Source: a virus
Length of the DNA stretch: 64,000 nt
IMG/VR virus record: IMGVR_UViG_2639763152_000002
Direction: 5' to 3' (one strand)
The number at the start of each line of letters is the position of its first letter. The first letter of the stretch is position 1. Both the position numbers and the translations under genes were made by a program. Below, piece after piece: positions 9,829 to 17,663 of this stretch. The notes under the pieces are model-generated. The model saw nothing but the letters and a program-made list of their open reading frames with translations, made no database searches and was not told the origin of the DNA.

Positions 9829-10194
9829 TCACTTGCCCTTACTGCCATGAGTCTTGTTATGACAGGCATTACACAAGCTTTCAAGGTTCTTTATGTCCAA
9901 TCGTTTTGACCAATCTTGCTTTACTTCCACTATATGATGCACCATGTCAGCCGGAGTGAAGCAATGCGCTTTCAAACAATGCTGACAGAGATAATTGTCT
10001 CGCATCAAAGCAAGTTGTCTTGTTCGTTTCCATTCAGTTGATTTATAAAAACTTGTTATTGTTTTGTTTCTTGAATGTTTGTTGTAATGTTTTGTTTCTT
10101 CTTGTTGTTGTGTCTTGTGTGCATCACAGTACCTATCCCGAGTAAGGGCACGGCAACCACGGGCGGCACATTCCTTTAGGGGCTTGGGCGGCAT
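9829..10194 (-). CDS. HNH endonuclease (HK97 gp74-like packaging cofactor)
   Basis: CQHC...VHHI...NL.SLC..CHNK.H motif, immediately upstream of terS. Confidence 0.93.
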   Translation of the reverse strand: MPPKPLKECAARGCRALTRDRYCDAHKTQQQEETKHYNKHSRNKTITSFYKSTEWKRTRQLALMRDNYLCQHCLKAHCFTPADMVHHIVEVKQDWSKRLDIKNLESLCNACHNKTHGSKGK

Positions 10195-10482
10195 GAACTT
10201 ACATCCTTATTCCTTTGTTTCGGTGTGAATGCCAAAAAGAATTGAAGTTCATATACATTGAATCCCCAATACCCCTTCATTCTCTCCCGCCATATCTATG
10301 CCCTTACATGTCTGTATCTCTTTTTCTATGCTCTCTCCATACTGTGCTATGAATCCCATCATGCAACCTCCTTACATTCCCTCTAAACCGACACCGTACT
10401 CAAGCCGTTAGCCGCCAATTGTCTCCTTGAGATTTACCGGAATCAGTTTACAGGGAATATAAAAAGCACCCAAGCAGGGTGC

Positions 10483-11070
10483 CTATTGTTTTACCTTATT
10501 TTCAAAATCATTTATACGAGTCATGAAGTAATCCAGATTCCTATCAAAATAGTGATAGTTAATCAACATTATCATTATTAACAATCCATTAATTGCCGAG
10601 AGAATTAAAGTCTTATCGTTAATATAACTAGTGTCAATGTATAACACCATTACTATGATGGTTATGAAAGAAAGAATTAGACTTGCAAGCAATCCCCTTC
10701 TTGCATGGAGTTGCCCTAATCTATAACTATATATATCTTTAATTTTTGCCCCTATTTCTCCTTCTTCGATAATTCTTTTGTCTATCTTGAATTCTTTTCT
10801 AAAGTAACGGCGCCATCTTTTATTTTTTTTAGTATACTGGAGAAGTACAAACCCAAAAAACAAACTCACTTGATGGATAAGATGACCTAAGATTATTCCA
10901 AAAGCAGCAGCGAATGCCACAAAACCAACAAGCGGAAAATCTTCCGAGTTCAATTTCTGAAAGAACTGATCTGGATGATTAATTGCATAGAATGCTGTTA
11001 CAAAAATCATATATACCCATCCCGGCATACCCCATCTAACTAAATATTTCGATTCGAAATTCATGTCCAT
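10483..11070 (-). CDS. Moron: multi-pass membrane protein of unknown function
   Basis: About 195 aa with ~4 hydrophobic segments; AT-rich; own upstream cassette and downstream hairpin (aaaaagcacccaagcagggtgcc). Confidence 0.75.
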   Translation of the reverse strand: MDMNFESKYLVRWGMPGWVYMIFVTAFYAINHPDQFFQKLNSEDFPLVGFVAFAAAFGIILGHLIHQVSLFFGFVLLQYTKKNKRWRRYFRKEFKIDKRIIEEGEIGAKIKDIYSYRLGQLHARRGLLASLILSFITIIVMVLYIDTSYINDKTLILSAINGLLIMIMLINYHYFDRNLDYFMTRINDFENKVKQ

Positions 11071-11081
11071 CGCTCCTCCCA

Positions 11082-11140
11082 CTTTATTATCGGTTAAGGA
11101 GCATTAGAAAGGAACCATTCGCAAAATTTGTCGAACGAAA
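11082..11140 (-). promoter_or_regulatory. Upstream cassette with Spo0A box (copy A)
   Basis: TTTGTCGAACGAAA, with the 0A box TGTCGAA at 11129-11135. Near-identical to 12154-12210. Confidence 0.55.
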
Positions 11141-11200
11141 GTCCTTTATAAATAGGTGGCAACCGTAAGACGAAAAAGCATCATTTTATTATAGTTGCAA

Positions 11201-11413
11201 TTAACGTTTCTTTTTATAAGCCGTAATATCTTTTCTTAAGAAAAGACGATCTCTATTCGTTGTTTTGATTGGTTTCAATGTCCCATGATCAACTAGCTGT
11301 TTAAGGTTTTGACGAGTGCACCCGATGATTTCAATCGCTTCCGAGGTGGTTATGACTTCTTTATCAAAGAACTCTCTCAATTCTTCGACATCACTAAATA
11401 CAAACTTATCCAT
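11201..11413 (-). CDS. Helix-turn-helix DNA-binding protein (HTH_17 / excisionase-like), cassette A gene 3
   Basis: ITTSEAIEIIGCTRQNLKQLVDHGTLKP...RLFLRKDI pattern. Confidence 0.8.
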   Translation of the reverse strand: MDKFVFSDVEELREFFDKEVITTSEAIEIIGCTRQNLKQLVDHGTLKPIKTTNRDRLFLRKDITAYKKKR

Positions 11414-11588
11414 CCTTTGAATTCCTCCATTTCATAATTACGTTTATAATCGTCAGCGTGAGCCAGATAACTGCTAGCACTATTGATATTATGTCCAGTA
11501 CAGTCAGGTTGTTATAGTCCATACGAGCGAATTGTAAGCAGAACAAGACGAAAAATAACAGTGTTGTTGAGTCTAATATTTTTTTCAT
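11406..11588 (-). CDS. Small two-TM membrane peptide, cassette A gene 2
   Basis: 60 aa, hydrophobic; its stop overlaps the HTH start. Confidence 0.75.
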   Translation of the reverse strand: MKKILDSTTLLFFVLFCLQFARMDYNNLTVLDIISIVLAVIWLTLTIINVIMKWRNSKDG

Positions 11589-11636
11589 TATCTCCGAGCA
11601 TGGAATTTTAACGGTTTTGTTTAAGACCCATTAAGA

Positions 11637-11717
11637 TGTTATAATACAAGGAGGGGAAGTAATTCCCCTCATGGGTTATTTGCGACGTTTCTTCTTGGCG
11701 GGAGAACGTCGTTTTTT
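11637..11717 (+). ncRNA. Predicted type I antitoxin antisense RNA with promoter (cassette A)
   Basis: TG-n-TATAAT at 11637-11645; 5' hairpin GAGGGGAA-GTAA-TTCCCCTC; terminator CGACGTT...AACGTCG plus T6 ending at ~11717; overlaps the toxin 3' end. Confidence 0.65.
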
Positions 11718-11825
11718 GTTTTTATCACCCTTTAGGTCTTTGATGTTCTTGATCAGTGTCGTAATCCCAACGAGAATTCCGACTAACCAAGCTGTATCCC
11801 TAAGGATGAATTCAACGATTTCCAT
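11676..11825 (-). CDS. YonT-like small basic membrane toxin (type I TA), cassette A gene 1 (not in the ORF track)
   Basis: 49 aa, MEIVEFILRDTAWLVGILVGITTLIKNIKDLKGDKNKKRRSPAKKKRRK; RBS aaggaggtg; single TM plus polybasic tail. Confidence 0.75.
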   Translation of the reverse strand: MEIVEFILRDTAWLVGILVGITTLIKNIKDLKGDKNKKRRSPAKKKRRK

Positions 11826-11854
11826 GCTCGTTAACACCTCCTTTCGATACTTTA

Positions 11855-11888
11855 ATTATAACACTTATATTTACCACCGTCAATATAA
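11855..11888 (-). promoter_or_regulatory. SigA promoter with overlapping inverted repeat (cassette A)
   Basis: TTGACG-17-TATAAT (11883-11878, 11860-11855); inverted repeat TTATATT-N10-AATATAA at 11865-11888. Confidence 0.8.
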
Positions 11889-11956
11889 AATGATAAATAA
11901 TTAAAATTTTTTCACAGTTAAAACAAAAAACACCCCGAAGGGTGTCGTGGTTTAAA

Positions 11957-12136
11957 TTATTTAAATATATCGAAACTTGTTACACTTTTTAAGTTGATCA
12001 AAACAACTTTATGTTCAAGATTGATTATTAGTTGGTCTTTTTTTAGTTTATCAAGCAAATCTTCTTCTTCTTGGGCTTTGATTGAATACTCAGATGATGT
12101 ACCATCTATAAAATTAAAGCGAACATCAAATTTCAT
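11957..12136 (-). CDS. Small hypothetical moron protein (not in the ORF track)
   Basis: 59 aa, MKFDVRFNFIDGTSSEYSIKAQEEEDLLDKLKKDQLIINLEHKVVLINLKSVTSFDIFK; RBS gaaggtgg; downstream hairpin acaccccgaagggtgt. Confidence 0.7.
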   Translation of the reverse strand: MKFDVRFNFIDGTSSEYSIKAQEEEDLLDKLKKDQLIINLEHKVVLINLKSVTSFDIFK

Positions 12137-12153
12137 CTTGTACCACCTTCCAT

Positions 12154-12210
12154 CTTATTTTCGGTTAAGGAGTATTACAAAGAAACAATTGTAAAAATTG
12201 TCGAACGAAA
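12154..12210 (-). promoter_or_regulatory. Upstream cassette with Spo0A box (copy B)
   Basis: ATTGTCGAACGAAA, with TGTCGAA at 12199-12205. Aligns with 11082-11140. Confidence 0.55.
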
Positions 12211-12212
12211 CA

Positions 12213-13085
12213 TTAAAGGTCAGATGAAGCAACGAAATCTCGTAGTTCAGTTCTTCTATTTCTAATCGCTAAAGAAGTATGCTGAATAGCAGTAATAACT
12301 AAAGTTCTATGATCAATTCCTTTTACGTTGAATCTTTTAAGTGAGCTACTTGATATCTTATGAAACTTACCTTCTTCATCCCAGAAATCTAGTTGCTTCA
12401 CCTCAACACCAAACATATTCATAACACTTTTTGCAACAGGAGAATTTCTCAAGTCTCCATCTCCGCCTTTTCCTGGAGCTTTAAGTAAAATTTCATGCAT
12501 TCCGCTCTCATCTGCATTCCAAGCCTCTATCCAAGGTCTATTTAGGCGATCTTCTGAAAAAATTGTTGCATAATCATACAGGAATCTTCTAGTACCGGGA
12601 ATTTTCACCCATAAAGTACTCACTCTATATCTTTCAAATGCTTGTCTAAACGTATCCTCATTAATTTCCCTATCCGTATCTAAATAGTTAAATTCTGAAT
12701 TATAGACTTCTTGAAAGGCAGCCTCCATAATTAACCCAATTCTTGTCATTGTTGTTTCTTTCTTTAGGTTGTCAGCGGGATAATCACGATTTTGCACTAG
12801 AAATCTTTTTTCACGTAAATCAAATGCCATAATCGTATTAATACATGGCTCTATATCTGGTGCATATGAGTTATTTTCTTCATCTAATGCATTAACAATT
12901 GGATCATGTTCTTCACTGAAACAAAGAGTAATAACATGGTTTTCTTCATCAATTTCATTGGTTATAGTATAATAATAATCTCTTTCCCCATACTTCCTTC
13001 CGTAATTCTTTAAAAACTCATACAACTCAGCTGTTTTTTCCGTCAAATCATTAGCGTAAGTCAATTGATAGACCCTAAACTCCAT
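12213..13085 (-). CDS. Moron: 290-aa soluble protein of unknown function
   Basis: Long acidic ORF, AT-rich; own TATAAT-containing upstream region; no recognised motif. Confidence 0.8.
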   Translation of the reverse strand: MEFRVYQLTYANDLTEKTAELYEFLKNYGRKYGERDYYYTITNEIDEENHVITLCFSEEHDPIVNALDEENNSYAPDIEPCINTIMAFDLREKRFLVQNRDYPADNLKKETTMTRIGLIMEAAFQEVYNSEFNYLDTDREINEDTFRQAFERYRVSTLWVKIPGTRRFLYDYATIFSEDRLNRPWIEAWNADESGMHEILLKAPGKGGDGDLRNSPVAKSVMNMFGVEVKQLDFWDEEGKFHKISSSSLKRFNVKGIDHRTLVITAIQHTSLAIRNRRTELRDFVASSDL

Positions 13086-13164
13086 AAAAAAACCACCTTT
13101 TTCTAAAGATGGTTAAATTATATTATATTTTTTTACTTTTTACGACATTTTCCACTTATTTTTT

Positions 13165-13380
13165 TTAGAATGTTATAACTTCTTCTGCGTCGATCCATGT
13201 TTCAATTCCACTTTCTAATAACACTTGAACTTCTGTCCCGTGCCTTCCTGACACAATTCCTTTAATAACTCCAACTTGTCCATTTAAATGATCGCTGCTT
13301 GTAGAAGAAATTTCAACATTATCATTAACCGCCATTTTATCTCCCCCATTTGTAACTATTTCAAATTTATTCATACTCAT
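13165..13380 (-). CDS. Small hypothetical protein (KOW/SH3-like beta barrel?)
   Basis: RBS ggaaggtgagg before ATG at 13380; GQVGVI...VQVLLESGIETWI pattern. Confidence 0.6.
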   Translation of the reverse strand: MSMNKFEIVTNGGDKMAVNDNVEISSTSSDHLNGQVGVIKGIVSGRHGTEVQVLLESGIETWIDAEEVITF

Positions 13381-13461
13381 TTTAACCTCACCTTCCAATT
13401 TATTCAATGGCTTATACTGTAGTATTGTGTCAATTTTTTCTTTATATTATGTTGTAAAAAC

Positions 13462-13977
13462 TCATACTAAACAGAATAGGCTGTATTCTGCTCTATTTTT
13501 CATTTTTAAACGAGATCGCTCAATATTTTTCTGCACAGTTCCTTTTTTGATCTCCAATAACTGTGCGATCTCTTCGAATGACATGTGTTTAACAGCATGC
13601 ATCATGAATATGTCTTTTTCTCTTTCTGTGAGGACGGATAGGGCATCAGCGATTCTTTCCTTATCCCAATCACTTACCTCTCCCTCAGCTTCTTGAACGA
13701 TTGCGTATTCTTCCGATAGCGCATCAATTAAGCGCGGATCAGCAAGAATCGTCCTTTGATATGCGTCTCTTCTGTCAGCACCTCGGCGGGCGCCGGGCTG
13801 TCTTCCGTTCTGAAGCCATTCAAGAGTGAATTCAATATCACTGATCATACTGCCAATTATCTTCTTATCGTTCTTTTGTTCAGCTGTCATTTCAACTCCC
13901 GGTGTTTCCGAGAATGACCGGTACATCTTTCTTGCTTCTTTTAACGCTCTTTTATATTCAATGATTAAATCTTGCAC
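13462..13977 (-). CDS. Xpf/YqaQ-like positive regulator (sigma-70 region 4 HTH), probable late-gene activator
   Basis: MQDLIIEYKRALK...WLQNGRQPGARRGADRR...LTEREK...SFEEIAQLLEIKKGTVQ closely resembles PBSX Xpf and skin YqaQ. Confidence 0.85.
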   Translation of the reverse strand: MQDLIIEYKRALKEARKMYRSFSETPGVEMTAEQKNDKKIIGSMISDIEFTLEWLQNGRQPGARRGADRRDAYQRTILADPRLIDALSEEYAIVQEAEGEVSDWDKERIADALSVLTEREKDIFMMHAVKHMSFEEIAQLLEIKKGTVQKNIERSRLKMKNRAEYSLFCLV

Positions 13978-13996
13978 TTTTCATCATTCCTTTAAG

Positions 13997-14182
13997 TCAA
14001 AATGAATATGTATCGTTCCAATTATTACTTTTTTGTTCAGCAATATATTGGCGTCTAGATACCTCTGAAACTTTTAAGTTGAAAGTTTTGACCAAGAAGG
14101 ATTTCAACTCATTATAGAGTTCTTCTCTGCCGCAAAAGATATTTACAAGCTTTCCGTGTTTATAAGCGAATCCGTATTTCAT
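13997..14182 (-). CDS. Hypothetical phage protein
   Basis: 61 aa with good RBS (aaggggag), in the early operon. Confidence 0.65.
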   Translation of the reverse strand: MKYGFAYKHGKLVNIFCGREELYNELKSFLVKTFNLKVSEVSRRQYIAEQKSNNWNDTYSF

Positions 14183-14340
14183 CCTAAACTCCCCTTCTTC
14201 TTTCTGTGTTTAAATGGTCCGCTCTTGCCTCGTCTGAGTATTTGCTTGTTTAGGCCTTCATCGTCGCTAAAAACCTTACAGAACACTCCTAAGCGTTTTT
14301 ATTAGGCTTTTTCATTACTATTTCATGCCGTCCTTTGTTC

Positions 14341-14417
14341 AAATAAAAAACGGACACCAATCAGAGCACAGTAATTTGTGCAATGATCAGTGTCCGCAGG
14401 CTTTCCGTCTTGGACTA
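14341..14417 (-). terminator. Long hairpin / intrinsic terminator with a 5' auxiliary hairpin
   Basis: Minus strand GTCCAAGACGGAAAGCCTGC-GGACACTGATCA...TGATTGGTGTCC-GTTTTTTATTT. Confidence 0.6.
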
Positions 14418-14429
14418 TAAATTTTTTTT

Positions 14430-15104
14430 TTACTTTTTTAAAGTCTTACTATAACCAAATTTAATCATAAAGCTTATTAGGACTATAACTACTATGGCAA
14501 TCGAAATATCTTTAATCATTGACAGGTTATTCTGAAAAAAACCAGATAACTTTGGATATTTCATTATTGTCATATAACTAATTAGACAAGCTATATAAAT
14601 CAATGAAGTAGTAGTCATGTTTCTTTTTATTTTATCCATTTCTTTAATTTGCTTTATTCCTTTATCAAATGTAATTATGCCTTTGTCAGTTATAATTGGC
14701 TTAAACTCCAATTCTTCATCTTGTTTTGTTTTAATATCCCTCTTAAGATCTAATAAGTTGTTAGATATTTCGATTTTCTGATCTATAGAAAGAAAATTAG
14801 TTTCGGAAATATCTTTAATAAGAAGATCTAAAATATCATCAATGCTATACAAACTATGTTGTTTAACTTTATTTGATTTAGCATTGGCAGCGGATAGTGA
14901 CTCCAAAAGAGGTAAAGAAGGATTTTCTCCCTCTGATATAAAATCTTTCAAAGTATTAATTATTTGATTATTAGCTCTGTTAACTCTTTTAATATAATCT
15001 TTTCTTCCAAAAAACTTTGTTAGGGAATTTACAATAAAAGTACTTACTATTGCAGTTATTAAACTAACAATCCAGGGATTCGTTATCCAATCCATTTTCA
15101 ACAA
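14430..15104 (-). CDS. Moron: membrane protein (N-terminal TM, two C-terminal TMs)
   Basis: 224 aa, very AT-rich, with a central coiled-coil-like soluble region. Confidence 0.75.
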   Translation of the reverse strand: MLKMDWITNPWIVSLITAIVSTFIVNSLTKFFGRKDYIKRVNRANNQIINTLKDFISEGENPSLPLLESLSAANAKSNKVKQHSLYSIDDILDLLIKDISETNFLSIDQKIEISNNLLDLKRDIKTKQDEELEFKPIITDKGIITFDKGIKQIKEMDKIKRNMTTTSLIYIACLISYMTIMKYPKLSGFFQNNLSMIKDISIAIVVIVLISFMIKFGYSKTLKK

Positions 15105-15257
15105 CCTTTTTAAAATAAATCATACTATATTATGAAAAAATTTCATAATATTTTCGTTTGTTCATTCAGAAAAGAAACCATCCATCCCCTTTACTTTTGG
15201 GTCACTTTGACGGATGTTATTTTTACAAATCACTGATATATTTTGCTTTTCATCCTT

Positions 15258-15515
15258 TCATCCCTCTATCCCAGGCAGGACAGAGATTATAAAGAACACA
15301 ACCACAACTACCGTGCATATCAACCAACTATTCATTTTATCCCGTTTTGCGATGATTGTTTCATCACCAATCATCTTTAAATCATCTGAACGCGCTACAA
15401 GGATCGGTATATATTGTTTGGGAACTTTCAAATAATCTGCTGCCTGTTCAACGGTCATCGCTTCATCTTTCGTTGCTTTGACGACACGTTGTAATTTGAC
15501 TTGTAATGGCATCAA
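15258..15515 (-). CDS. Hypothetical protein with C-terminal TM
   Basis: 85 aa; N-terminal HTH-like MTVEQAADYL and a hydrophobic C-terminus. Confidence 0.65.
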   Translation of the reverse strand: MMPLQVKLQRVVKATKDEAMTVEQAADYLKVPKQYIPILVARSDDLKMIGDETIIAKRDKMNSWLICTVVVVVFFIISVLPGIEG

Positions 15516-15550
15516 TTCAAAAACCCCTTTGCTGAATAATTACATTCGTT

Positions 15551-15754
15551 TTATTTCACCTTGAACCCTATTTCGTGATCGACTCGTGCAAAGCTGCCTT
15601 TTGAGGTTTGGATGATGGTCTTTCCGTGCTCTGGGACATCCAATACATGCGCTGTTCCTTCAGTACCATCTAAAACGATGATACGGATTTTCCCAGGCTC
15701 CATACTTTGCTGAATACTTCCTTCATGATTTTTAATTTCTTTGGGGTTGTACAC
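15551..15754 (-). CDS. XtrA/YqaO family protein
   Basis: EPGKIRIIVLDG.EGTA...PEHGKT motif; RBS ggaggag, GTG start. Confidence 0.75.
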   Translation of the reverse strand: MYNPKEIKNHEGSIQQSMEPGKIRIIVLDGTEGTAHVLDVPEHGKTIIQTSKGSFARVDHEIGFKVK

Positions 15755-15768
15755 CTAGACTCCTCCTG

Positions 15769-15830
15769 TGCTATGATAGAAGTACCAATTCGAATCATAA
15801 GCACTGAGGCATAAGCTTCGGTGTTTTTTT
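15769..15830 (+). ncRNA. Candidate ~47-nt antisense-strand sRNA with promoter
   Basis: TG-c-TATGAT at 15769-15777; terminator CACTGAGGC-ATAA-GCTTCGGTG-T7 at 15802-15830. Confidence 0.45.
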
Positions 15831-15836
15831 ATATCC

Positions 15837-16001
15837 TTAGTACGGATTTTCCCAGCCGCTCATTGTGAACGCCGGAGACGGCTTTAGTTCCTCTCGGTAT
15901 ATGATTGGATGTTTTTCGACATATGCTGCCAGTTCTTCCGGCGTCATCTTCCATTCCTTTACCGGTCCTGGTACGTAAGGATTGTTGTTGTTTTCTTGCA
16001 T
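15837..16001 (-). CDS. Hypothetical phage protein
   Basis: RBS caggagg before ATG at 16001; EWKMTPEELAAY motif. Confidence 0.65.
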   Translation of the reverse strand: MQENNNNPYVPGPVKEWKMTPEELAAYVEKHPIIYREELKPSPAFTMSGWENPY

Positions 16002-16051
16002 GTTGTTAACCTCCTGATTATTTGATTTACGATCCATAGAAAAGCTACCTG

Positions 16052-16480
16052 TCATGACTCAATCTCAGTTATAATGACTTCCACCCGCGGCTCTTCACTG
16101 TAAAACTTACTGACCTTCAAATCGACTACCTGACTATCATCCTTGTATATCAGATGATTTAAAGCGTCTTTGACACCTTTTACATAGTTATCGACGTCCG
16201 GCTTTGTTACAGGGCGTAAAAGTCCTTTTTCAGCGTTCTCCTTTTTCCTCTTGGATCCGGATACAGCTTTCGGCATCGGTCTGAATACTCTGACTTCCAT
16301 TGCGACAGGACCAACAATAACCTGCTTCGGTCGATGCTGAGACGCAACCAGTGCCACATACTGCTTAAAATTTTTTGACTTTACAGGATCGTACATTCTA
16401 ACCTTTCCGTTTTGAATGGATCCCCGCGGCCGTCCTTGTGCGATCGGCTCTCCATAAACAATAAACTGAATAGAACTCAA
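16052..16480 (-). CDS. rusA: RusA family Holliday junction resolvase
   Basis: PIAQGRPR, KPDVDNYVKGVKDAL and YKDDSQVV...K.Y motifs. Confidence 0.93.
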   Translation of the reverse strand: MSSIQFIVYGEPIAQGRPRGSIQNGKVRMYDPVKSKNFKQYVALVASQHRPKQVIVGPVAMEVRVFRPMPKAVSGSKRKKENAEKGLLRPVTKPDVDNYVKGVKDALNHLIYKDDSQVVDLKVSKFYSEEPRVEVIITEIES

Positions 16481-16487
16481 CAGCCTT

Positions 16488-16583
16488 TTACCTCCCGTCA
16501 ATCTGTTCCCAATGCTCGATCTGCTTTTCCTTGTAAGGTGCAGTCAGTAATATGACTGGCAGCGCAGCAACTGCTTTAAGCAC
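16488..16583 (-). CDS. Very small hypothetical peptide
   Basis: 31 aa, MLKAVAALPVILLTAPYKEKQIEHWEQIDGR; overlaps the upstream ORF and fills the operon gap. Confidence 0.35.
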   Translation of the reverse strand: MLKAVAALPVILLTAPYKEKQIEHWEQIDGR

Positions 16584-16719
16584 TTCTCACCAGCTCCATT
16601 TGCCTTATTTTCTCCTCCAGGACCCTAATCGCCGGTGTGAGATCCTGTCCGCCTGTCTGTTCAGCGGGGCCGAACATATAAATCCCTCCGGATCCTTGAA
16701 CGTTCGTTTTTAAGCTCAT
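16576..16719 (-). CDS. Small hypothetical protein
   Basis: 47 aa, [21 protein letters not shown]...; ATGA-coupled to the DnaC-like stop. Confidence 0.55.
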   Translation of the reverse strand: MSLKTNVQGSGGIYMFGPAEQTGGQDLTPAIRVLEEKIRQMELVRSA

Positions 16720-17663
16720 TCCCATTCTCCTAACCTATGATTTAATTGCATTCGGTCTCCCTTGATGATTACCGTATAGTTACGGCACATCTGATGTATC
16801 CGAGATCCGAGCGCTTCGTCTATATCTAATAATGCTGCTGTATCTAATTCTGATGAAATCAGCAGTGGCTTGTGGTTCAGGTAGCGATAATTAACGACCG
16901 ATTGGATCTGCTCAACCTGCCAATCCGTGGCCCGCGGTTCTCCCTTTACTGGTTTAAATAAATCGTCGATGAATAGAACGTCCGCTTTTCTCATTGCATC
17001 AAGCTTGGACTCTAGTTGATCAAAGTTGTCTCTTAAATTCCCCATCCCTTCGACGTAAGGGAAATACATGCAGTAAACAGACTTTTTCTTAATAAGGTTG
17101 TTCATGATTGCCGTTAATAGGTGCGTTTTTCCGCTGCCAGGCTGCCCAAGGAGGGCGATGCTGTTCGAACGTTCTCCTTTAACTTTTTGAAAATCCTTAA
17201 AGTATTCCATAGCGCACTCATATGCTTCTTTAATCATGTCAGGCTTGCCGTCTGTAATGAAATTACCGAATAAAAGCATTTCAAATTCCTCGGTAATACC
17301 GCTGGCTTCCATAAGCCGGGCGATCTTTTTCCGTTTCACACACTCACATTGCTTGGAATACGTGGTTTTCCACTCCCGGGCCTGATCCGGTAAGCACACT
17401 TTTCCTGCAAGGTAATCCTCTTCCCTCACCATTTGATCAGCGTTTAGACTCTCCATTGTTTTTTGTTCTTTTCTCAGCTGCCGTTCAGTATCTTGGTGAA
17501 CCCGATAAACAATGATTCCTTTGTCCTTGCAGTCAAGGCAATCATATTCAGCCTTTTTTTCTGAGACGGCCTGTTCCGCTGAAAATTGGGCTGACCTGTC
17601 CCGTAGTTTTTTGAGAATGCCCGCCATTGCCATGTCCGTACTTTGTGTTTTGTGAGCTATCAT
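16716..17663 (-). CDS. DnaC/IstB-like AAA+ helicase loader (YqaM/XkdC-like)
   Basis: Zn motifs CLDC...CEC, Walker A GQPGSGKT, Walker B VLFIDDL. Confidence 0.92.
   Translation of the reverse strand: MIAHKTQSTDMAMAGILKKLRDRSAQFSAEQAVSEKKAEYDCLDCKDKGIIVYRVHQDTERQLRKEQKTMESLNADQMVREEDYLAGKVCLPDQAREWKTTYSKQCECVKRKKIARLMEASGITEEFEMLLFGNFITDGKPDMIKEAYECAMEYFKDFQKVKGERSNSIALLGQPGSGKTHLLTAIMNNLIKKKSVYCMYFPYVEGMGNLRDNFDQLESKLDAMRKADVLFIDDLFKPVKGEPRATDWQVEQIQSVVNYRYLNHKPLLISSELDTAALLDIDEALGSRIHQMCRNYTVIIKGDRMQLNHRLGEWE

Noticed and set aside
2334-9850. Many plus-strand ORFs of 60-160 aa opposite the structural genes
   Set aside because: They lie antisense to well-supported genes and lack RBS or recognisable motifs.
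11671-11904. Plus-strand 77-aa ORF (and the 71-aa ORF at 25581-25796)
   Set aside because: These are shadows of the toxin genes. An intrinsic terminator lies early in each, and the locus is better explained as antisense RNA.
14183-14330. Small ORFs between the structured element and the 61-aa gene
   Set aside because: Frames are interrupted by early stops or lack an RBS; possibly a gene remnant, not supportable.
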